From: Abditibacterium sp.
GTDB lineage: Bacteria; Armatimonadota; Abditibacteriia; Abditibacteriales; Abditibacteriaceae
Direction of reading: 5' to 3'
Length of the DNA stretch: 64,000 nt
Assembly: GCA_965246885.1 (NCBI GenBank)
Contig: OZ251992.1
Coordinates: forward strand, 1-64,000
Shown in pieces: positions 57,473-64,000 of this stretch. Position 1 is the stretch's first letter. Each line of letters opens with the position of its first letter. A model generated the notes under the pieces. That model was not told where the DNA came from. It did not search any database and saw only the letters and a list, made by a program, of their open reading frames with translations. The position numbers and the translations under genes are program-made.

Positions 57473-58531
57473 TTACAGCCGCACTTCGGCGCCCGTGCGG
57501 GCCGATTCGTAGATGGCGTCAAGGATGCGTTGCAAGTTCAGCGATTCTTCTGGCTTAATGTAAGCCTCCGTCTCGCCTTGCAGAACGTCTATAAAGTGCG
57601 CCATGCGGTTGGGGTCTACCGTCGTGGGGAGCAAGGGCGCCTCCTCAGTGACTTGGCCGGTTCCGGAAGCGTCGGCGTGCGTCCACTTCATGGAGGGCAC
57701 AATCAGCCCGCCTTCGCTGCCGAAGACCTGCGTGTAATCGGCGCCGTGTTCAAAGTAGGCGGCCCACGACGCTTCGAGGAGCACCGTCCGTCCGCTTTTG
57801 AGTTTGATGAGCGCAATGGCCAAATCGTCCACGTCAAAGGGCTTGGCGGGATCAATTTCGCCCTTGCCCCAGTTGCCATCACCGATACCGCGCGGGCCAA
57901 ATTGGGCGTAGGTTTGGCCCGAAACAGACGCCGCCTCGAACTCGCCCATCAGGAACAAGCACCTGTCCAGCGCGTGCACGCCGATGTCGTAAATGGAGCC
58001 GCCGCCCGCGAACTTGGTTTGGGTAAACCACGAGCCGATGCGCGGAATGCCACTGGGCCGCATCATGGCGGTCTTGGCGTGGTAAAGTTCTCCCAAATCG
58101 CCGCGCTCAATCATCTGCTTGGCGGTCTGGACTTGCGGCACCATGCGCAAATTCTGCCCGACCATGAGCAACACGCCCCGCTTTTTGGCTTCCTCGACCA
58201 ACTTGGCGGCGTCGGTTGCGTTGGTCGCCATCGGCTTGTCTATCATCACGTTCTTGCCCGCTTGCAGAGCCTCCAACCCGACGGGAGCGTGCAAGTAATT
58301 GGGCAAGGCGATCGAGACAACGTGAATATCGTCGCGCGCGAGGAGTTGTTTGTAGTCGGTAACGAGTTCGGCGATGCCGAACTTATCGGCGGCCTCGCGC
58401 CCACGTTCAGGGGAAACTTCGGCAAGCGCGACAACCCGCGCGTCAGGGTGCTTTTGGAACGACTCGATGTGGTTAAGGCCAATGGCCCCCGCGCCAATGA
58501 CGGCGACATTGTATGTTTGAGAAGCTGACAT
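57473..58531 (-). CDS. Gfo/Idh/MocA family oxidoreductase
   Basis: VIGAGAIG, PNYLH, DKPMA, GGGSIYDIGVHALD, DVDD. Confidence 0.9.
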   Translation of the reverse strand: MSASQTYNVAVIGAGAIGLNHIESFQKHPDARVVALAEVSPERGREAADKFGIAELVTDYKQLLARDDIHVVSIALPNYLHAPVGLEALQAGKNVMIDKPMATNATDAAKLVEEAKKRGVLLMVGQNLRMVPQVQTAKQMIERGDLGELYHAKTAMMRPSGIPRIGSWFTQTKFAGGGSIYDIGVHALDRCLFLMGEFEAASVSGQTYAQFGPRGIGDGNWGKGEIDPAKPFDVDDLAIALIKLKSGRTVLLEASWAAYFEHGADYTQVFGSEGGLIVPSMKWTHADASGTGQVTEEAPLLPTTVDPNRMAHFIDVLQGETEAYIKPEESLNLQRILDAIYESARTGAEVRL

Positions 58532-58576
58532 GAAGCCCGCAGTTTAAACAGGCGACGACGGGGGCCATTGATTAGA

Positions 58577-59794
58577 CTACGAAGCGAGTCTAATCATGCG
58601 GTCTAAGGCCAGTTTCGCTTCGCCCGCGATGGGTTCGGGGACGATGATTTGGTTGACGACGCGGCCCTCCAGAAGGTTGTCCATTACCCACAGGAGGTGC
58701 GGGCCGTCCACGCGGTACATGGTGGAGCACACGCACACATTGGGGTTGAGGGAAAGCACGGTGCGGTCGGGGTATTCGAGCGCGAGGCGGGACACGAGGT
58801 TGATTTCCGTGCCGACGGCGAAGACATCGCCGGGCTGGCCGTCGGCAATGATGCGCCGAATCTTCTCGGTGCTGCCGTAGCTGTCAGATGCGACGACGAC
58901 ATCGTGAGTACATTCGGGATGCACGACAACATGCACGCCGGGGTGCTGACGGCGGATATTGCGAACGTGAATGGGCAAAAACGTCCCGTGAACCGAGCAA
59001 TGACCCCGCCACAGCAGCATCGGCGCCGCGCGCAGTTGTTCGGGCGTGTTGCCGCCGTAGTTCTCGTTGGGATCCCACACCAAGCAGTCTTCGAGCGCGT
59101 AGCCCATTTCCAACACAGCCGTATTGCGGCCCAAGTGCTGGTCGGGGAAAAAGAGCAGCTTGTCCGCTCCGGCGCCGCCTTCGGCAACGGGTTTGAGCGC
59201 CCATGCCATAATTTTCTTGGCGTTGGAACTGGTGCAGACGGCGCCGCCGTTGCGCCCCACGAAAGCCTTGAGGTTCGCCGCCGAGTTCATGTAGGTGATG
59301 GGGATAATGGTCTGTCCCGCGCAGGCATCGGCGAGGGCGTCCCACGCTTCTTCGACTTGGTCTATGTCGGCCATGTCCGCCATCGAGCAACCGGCATGGA
59401 GGTCGGGCAAAATCACCTTCTGGTGCGGCGCGCTGAGGATGTCGGCGCTTTCGGCCATGAAGTGCACGCCGCAAAAGATGAGAAACTCCGCGTCAGGCCG
59501 CGCCGCCGCGTCCTTACACAGCTTGAAACTGTCGCCGCGAAAGTCGGCCCAGCGAATCACTTCCTCTCGCTGGTAATGGTGGCCCAAGATAACCAAACGA
59601 GCGCCCAGTTTGGCTTTGGCTTCGGCAATGCGCACCGCGATTTCTTCGGCGCTCAGGCGCAGATATTTTTCGGGGAGCGGCACTTGTAGCTGCGCGCCGC
59701 GCTCCATCGTGATGGGGCCGGAAAAACCCTCGCCACCGGGGTGTTGCCGTTGGAACGCCGTCGCTAATTCGCCTTGAAGTTGAAGTGTCGCCAT
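58577..59794 (-). CDS. nadA: Quinolinate synthase (GHHYQ subtype)
   Basis: ILGHHYQ, GDSFKL, FCGVHFMAES, AGCSMAD, CTSSNA, PDQHLG, CSVH, HPEC, C.TM. Confidence 0.95.
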   Translation of the reverse strand: MATLQLQGELATAFQRQHPGGEGFSGPITMERGAQLQVPLPEKYLRLSAEEIAVRIAEAKAKLGARLVILGHHYQREEVIRWADFRGDSFKLCKDAAARPDAEFLIFCGVHFMAESADILSAPHQKVILPDLHAGCSMADMADIDQVEEAWDALADACAGQTIIPITYMNSAANLKAFVGRNGGAVCTSSNAKKIMAWALKPVAEGGAGADKLLFFPDQHLGRNTAVLEMGYALEDCLVWDPNENYGGNTPEQLRAAPMLLWRGHCSVHGTFLPIHVRNIRRQHPGVHVVVHPECTHDVVVASDSYGSTEKIRRIIADGQPGDVFAVGTEINLVSRLALEYPDRTVLSLNPNVCVCSTMYRVDGPHLLWVMDNLLEGRVVNQIIVPEPIAGEAKLALDRMIRLAS

Positions 59795-59817
59795 GATGGT
59801 TTTGCTCGCGCGCAGGA

Positions 59818-59835
59818 TTGTGCATTATTTCACAA
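59818..59835. promoter_or_regulatory. Rex-like (or Crp/Fnr-like) palindromic operator upstream of nadA
   Basis: TTGTGCATTATTTCACAA versus Rex consensus TTGTGAA-N4-TTCACAA (1 mismatch). Confidence 0.6.
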
Positions 59836-59901
59836 CCTCTGTGATTGCATGGACGCCCAACTTCGGCGAGTGTTGCAAGAGATTTTCCGAGCCGCCGGCC
59901 T

Positions 59902-60006
59902 GCGCCACTGAGTCACGCATATGCGCCACTGAGTCACACGTATGCGCCACTGAATCACACGTACGCGCCGCCGAGTCACACGTACGCGCCACTTGGCGGC
60001 GCACGG
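59902..60006. repeat. 21-bp tandem array (4-5 units)
   Basis: GCGCCACTGAGTCACACGTAT-like units at 59902, 59923, 59944, 59965, 59986. Confidence 0.88.
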
Positions 60007-60071
60007 CGGCGAATGTGGTGCGCAAGGCAAACTTCCGGCGCGCGGCGGCGTCCAAGGCTTCTCCGGCTTCT

Positions 60072-62780
60072 ATGCACAAATTCTTTTTGGCGGGCGCGGC
60101 CCTACTCGCTTCCTTTTCTTCTTCCGCGCGCGCCCAAACGCCTGCGACGACGGCGCCCGATGCGCCGGAGCGTTTTCCCTTCGCCCTGCCTTGGGACGAC
60201 GTCAGTCCCACTGCCATGAGCGCCGCCGACCTGAACCCGGCGCCGCTCACGGACGCGCACCGCGTAAAGGTTCAGGGGGCGCATTTCGTGGATGGAACGG
60301 GGCGGCGCGTGCGCTTTTTCGGCACCAACGTCACGGCGAGCGCGCCCTTTTCGCGGGCCGCCGATGCGGGGAAGTGGGCGGCGCGGCTGCACAAATTCGG
60401 CTTCAATTGCGTGCGCTTGCATCACATGGATGCGCCTTGGGCGCACCCGAACATCTTCGGCGATAACCGCGACAACTACGCCGCTTCCAACGCGCAAACC
60501 TCGCCGGAATCGCTCGACTTGCTCGATTCGACGGTCGCGGCGCTCAAGAAGAACGGCGTGTACGTTGATTTAAACCTTCATGTCGCGCGCGCGCCAATGG
60601 GGGCCGACGGCTTTCCCGACGCCGATAAGCTGCCGGAAATGGGCAAAGTGACCGCCTATTTCGACCCGCAGTTCATCGCGCTCCAGAAAGACTATGCGCG
60701 CCAATTGCTCACCCATCGCAACCCCTACACGGGCCAGAAGTGGGCCGACGACCCCGTCGTGGCGCTTGTCGAACTCAACAACGAGGACAGCTTGGTGGGT
60801 GAGGCGTGGTCGGGCAAGTTGCAGGCGCTCCCGCCGCACTATCGGGACATCCTCAGTGGCGGTTGGAACCACTTTCTCCGCGCGCGCTATGGCACAACAG
60901 CCGCTTTGCGCGTCGCGTGGAACGCGCCGTTGGACGCGGCGCAAACGCCCAATCTCTTGCGCAACGCGCAGTTTGCCGAAGGCACTCAGGAGTGGCAATT
61001 GGAAACCCAAGCGGGCGCCGAGGGAAAAGCGACGGTGGTTGACCTTCAAGGCGCACCCGTCAACGGGCCAACGGGCCGCGCGCTGCGGGTCGAGATCGCG
61101 CGCAAGCCGGACGAAGGGTGGAAGTTGCAACTGAATCAGACGGGCCTTGACCTCCATCCGAACGCGCTGTATACGCTGAGTTATTGGCTCCGCGCCGATG
61201 CGCCGCGCCGCGCCGGAAATTACTTTGCGCTCGACCAAGAGCCTTGGTCGCAACTGGGCGGCGGGCGCGACGTTGCTCTCACGAAGGAGTGGCAATACGT
61301 GCGGAGCGTGTTCAAGGTCGGCGCGAGCGTGCCCGCACATTCGCGCTTGTCGTTTATCCTTGGCGAGGCGAGCGACGCGGTCGAGATTGCCGATGTGCGC
61401 TTGACCGAAGGGGCGCTCGCGGACGTTCCGGCCTCGCAGACCCTCGAAGCGGGGGGCATGGGCAACCTCGATTTACCCCCGGCGCAGGGAGCAGCGCCGA
61501 TGCAAGCGCGCGATTGGGCCGAGTATCTGATGAGCGTGGAAGCGGCCTACGTCCAAACCATGCGCGATACCGTCCGGCGCGAGTGCGGCTATCGTGGCCC
61601 CATCACCTGTTCGCAAGCGAGCTACGGCGGGATGGGTGGGGTTGCCCGCGAGTCGGCGAGCGATTATGTGGACATGCACGCGTATTGGCAACACCCGGAA
61701 TTTCCGCACCAGCCCTGGGACGCCAAAGACTGGCGCATCTCCAATACGCCCATGCTCGATGACCCCAAAGGCGGCACGCTGCGCGAGTTGGCGACGGCGC
61801 GAATCGCGGGCAAGCCGTTCACCGTCTCGGAATATAACCATCCCGCGCCGAGCGATTATGCGAGCGAAACGCTGCCGGTCATTCTGAGCTACGCGGCGTT
61901 GCAGGACTGGGACGGCGTGTTTTTGTTCAGTTGGAACGGCGACCGCGACAATTGGAACCCCGGCAAGATACGCGGCTTCCTCGATGCCGACGCTGACCCC
62001 AACAAGACGGTCTTCGCCCCACTTATGGCGCGCGCGTTTTTAAGTGGGGCGCTCGCTCCGGCGCCAATGGGTGCAACGCTATCGGTGCCAACGGGCGGCT
62101 TAGTGGAGTTAACGGCCTCCACGCAAGCGGACGGTAATTTTTGGAACAGCATCCCCGGCGCATGGGAGAAAAACGGCATGCTGGCCGGCGAGTTCCTAAA
62201 CTCGCGCTTCGCGCTGAGTTTAACACGGGGTGCTGTCCCCGCGTCCACAACTCTCGAACGCTCCGGCCCGCGCACGGTGCCCGGAGCCAACCCCGCGTTC
62301 AACTGGGGCTTTACGGGCGGCAAGGGGCACTTAGTAGTGGACAGCCCATCGTTTAAGGAGTTGGTCGGGCACGTGGCAGGGGCGCCTTGGCCGTTGGGCG
62401 CCCTTACCATAGAAGGCGCCTCGTCCTCAAACGGCTGGATGAGTCTGGTCGCCATCGCGCGCGATGGCAAGCCGTTGGAGCAGTCGGCCTCCATTGTGGT
62501 GGCCGCGCTCAACCGCGCCGAGAACGCGGGCATGAAGTGGAACGCCGACCGTACCAGTGTCGGTGACGGCTGGGGCGATGGCCCGCCGCTCCTCGAAACG
62601 CCGCGCGCCACGCTCTCGCTCAGCACGAGCGCAACAGGTGCCCAAGTGTGGCGCTTGGACGCGACGGGCGCGCGCCTCAGCCAGATTCCGGCCACGCTTG
62701 AAAACGGCACATTGCGCTTCGAGATTAGCCCGACCGACCGCACGCCTTGGGTGGAGATAGCCCTTGCGGGTGTACGGTAG
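60072..62780 (+). CDS. Exported GH5-like (clan GH-A) hydrolase with inserted CBM4/9-like domain
   Basis: Signal peptide; FFGTN, GFNCVRLHH, H.NPYTG, ELNNE acid/base; inserted NLLRNAQF..W module; DMHAYWQHP, KPFTVSEY nucleophile. Confidence 0.75.
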   Translation: MHKFFLAGAALLASFSSSARAQTPATTAPDAPERFPFALPWDDVSPTAMSAADLNPAPLTDAHRVKVQGAHFVDGTGRRVRFFGTNVTASAPFSRAADAGKWAARLHKFGFNCVRLHHMDAPWAHPNIFGDNRDNYAASNAQTSPESLDLLDSTVAALKKNGVYVDLNLHVARAPMGADGFPDADKLPEMGKVTAYFDPQFIALQKDYARQLLTHRNPYTGQKWADDPVVALVELNNEDSLVGEAWSGKLQALPPHYRDILSGGWNHFLRARYGTTAALRVAWNAPLDAAQTPNLLRNAQFAEGTQEWQLETQAGAEGKATVVDLQGAPVNGPTGRALRVEIARKPDEGWKLQLNQTGLDLHPNALYTLSYWLRADAPRRAGNYFALDQEPWSQLGGGRDVALTKEWQYVRSVFKVGASVPAHSRLSFILGEASDAVEIADVRLTEGALADVPASQTLEAGGMGNLDLPPAQGAAPMQARDWAEYLMSVEAAYVQTMRDTVRRECGYRGPITCSQASYGGMGGVARESASDYVDMHAYWQHPEFPHQPWDAKDWRISNTPMLDDPKGGTLRELATARIAGKPFTVSEYNHPAPSDYASETLPVILSYAALQDWDGVFLFSWNGDRDNWNPGKIRGFLDADADPNKTVFAPLMARAFLSGALAPAPMGATLSVPTGGLVELTASTQADGNFWNSIPGAWEKNGMLAGEFLNSRFALSLTRGAVPASTTLERSGPRTVPGANPAFNWGFTGGKGHLVVDSPSFKELVGHVAGAPWPLGALTIEGASSSNGWMSLVAIARDGKPLEQSASIVVAALNRAENAGMKWNADRTSVGDGWGDGPPLLETPRATLSLSTSATGAQVWRLDATGARLSQIPATLENGTLRFEISPTDRTPWVEIALAGVR

Positions 62781-62870
62781 GCGTCAGAACTACCCTGCAA
62801 ATTGCCGCCGTTGGCACGCGGCTTGAAAAGGGGAGTTTCCTGTATGCGCCCACGCGCATGTGGACGAACT

Positions 62871-63617
62871 ATGCAACTTAAAACTACCCTGTTGGGCGCC
62901 GCCGTGATGCTGGGCGCCGCGCTTCCGATGGCGGCCCACGCTGCGCCCACCACCGGCACAATGACCCCAACCGCCATGACCGCGCTGTCGGCGCAAGACC
63001 AAGTTTTCCTCGTGCGCGCCGCCGAAGGCAACATGGCAGAAGTCACCCTCGCGCAGTTGGCCCTCGACAAGTCGAAGACCCCCGGCGTGCAAAGCGTCGC
63101 CCGCACCATTATTGATGGGCACGGTCGGGCGCAAACCGAACTGCTGGGCATCGCGCGTGGTAAGGGCATGACGGCCCCGCCGATGCTCAGCCCCACGCAT
63201 ATGGCAGTGCAAAAGTCTCTCGGCAAGGCACGCCGCGCCAACTTCGACAAGATGTATATGGCGAACCAGACCGACGACCACGAGAACACCATTGCCCTCT
63301 TTCAAACCGAGGTGGCCAACGGGCAGGACGCCGACCTCAAAGCCTATGCCGCGAAGTATCTGCCGGACATCGTGGGCCACACGATTATGATTTACCAAGT
63401 CGCCGCGCAGGTCGGGGCGCCCGGTAGCGAGATGCGCCCGCCGTCGCCGCCCGTCCCGCCCGGCGTGACGCCAACCATGATGCCCATGCCGGGAATGGCG
63501 ATGGGCGGCGGCATGACTTCGGGCGGCACGACTTCGGGCACAGCGCAAACAGGAAACTCGTCCCGTCCCTATCCCCCGACGAACAGTGGCGGCATGACAG
63601 CGCCAATGACCCAGTAG
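62871..63617 (+). CDS. DUF4142 (ferritin-like) exported protein with Met/Pro-rich tail
   Basis: Signal peptide; DQVFL..AA.GNMAEV.LAQLA, FDKMYMANQ..DH, DADLKAYA..LP. Confidence 0.85.
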   Translation: MQLKTTLLGAAVMLGAALPMAAHAAPTTGTMTPTAMTALSAQDQVFLVRAAEGNMAEVTLAQLALDKSKTPGVQSVARTIIDGHGRAQTELLGIARGKGMTAPPMLSPTHMAVQKSLGKARRANFDKMYMANQTDDHENTIALFQTEVANGQDADLKAYAAKYLPDIVGHTIMIYQVAAQVGAPGSEMRPPSPPVPPGVTPTMMPMPGMAMGGGMTSGGTTSGTAQTGNSSRPYPPTNSGGMTAPMTQ

Positions 63618-63638
63618 GAGGCGCGCCAAAAATGCCGT

Positions 63639-63680
63639 CAAGCAAAGCCCCCGAACTGCCGCTGTTCGGGGGCTTTGCTT
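63639..63680. terminator. Stem-loop between convergent genes
   Basis: AAGCAAAGCCCCCGAAC..GTTCGGGGGCTTTGCTT. Confidence 0.65.
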
Positions 63681-63732
63681 GGGCCAATGTCGTGGCTTGG
63701 GTCAATGTCATGGTTTGGGCCAATGTCGTGAC
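63679..63732. repeat. Three 18-bp tandem repeats
   Basis: TTGGG(C/T)CAATGTC(G/A)TG(G/A)(C/T) x3. Confidence 0.75.
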
Positions 63733-63733
63733 C

Positions 63734-64000
63734 CTACTGCGACAAACGGAAGCCGATGCTGCCCGTCGAGCGCCCGCCGAAGGTTTCGGCTCCGGCGCGC
63801 AGTTGCAGGTTGGGCGTGAGTTTATAGCCGCCGTAGAGGTTGTAGCTGGCGTGATTGGGGTCGTAGGCGTTGCCTTCGATGGAGAAGCGCCCACGCCGCA
63901 CTTCCAAGCCCGCGCCCAACTTGGAGCGATACACGCCGTAGCGAAGCGCGGCACCCTTGCCGAAGAACTGGCCGCTTTGGAGGGTGAAGCTGTTGGTTTC
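63734..64000 (-). CDS. C-terminal part of a beta-strand-rich protein, possibly an MlaD/MCE-family C-terminus (truncated by window edge)
   Basis: Frame open to the window end: ETNSFTLQSGQ..RYGVYRSKLGAGLE..YDPN..GFRLSQ; amphipathic beta strands. Confidence 0.55.
   Translation of the reverse strand, partial: ETNSFTLQSGQFFGKGAALRYGVYRSKLGAGLEVRRGRFSIEGNAYDPNHASYNLYGGYKLTPNLQLRAGAETFGGRSTGSIGFRLSQ

Noticed and set aside
59795..59900. NAD riboswitch upstream of nadA
   Set aside because: No recognisable aptamer structure by eye, and the likely promoter leaves too short a leader. An Rfam scan would be needed to exclude it formally.

Overview
High-GC chromosomal window, most likely from an Abditibacteriota/Armatimonadota-type bacterium. 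This is inferred from the DUF1559/H-X9-DG prepilin-like paralogues and the overall gene repertoire. Housekeeping genes (ftsZ, ilvC, leuA, leuC, a DEAD-box helicase, fba, purA, glycerate kinase, nadA, tRNA-His, tRNA-Lys) lie outside their usual operons and are interleaved with accessory genes. The most notable block is a ~15 kb minus-strand glycan-utilisation locus (28329-43330). It runs LacI regulator, two type-IV-prepilin-like DUF1559 proteins, two GH26 enzymes, an SGNH esterase, a GH50-like enzyme, GH32 and GH36, with no recognisable sugar importer. Other highlights: three tandem membrane Ser/Thr kinases carrying zinc ribbons and facing a TM2 gene; a Y1 (IS200/RAYT-like) transposase with three dispersed REPIN-like inverted pairs; four intergenic 21-bp-period arrays sharing a GCGCC core; a second short inverted-repeat family; a Rex/Crp-like box before nadA; and a recurring -10-like hexamer 7 nt before SD-less start codons, suggesting leaderless mRNAs. 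All family assignments come from motif recognition by eye. No database searches were run.
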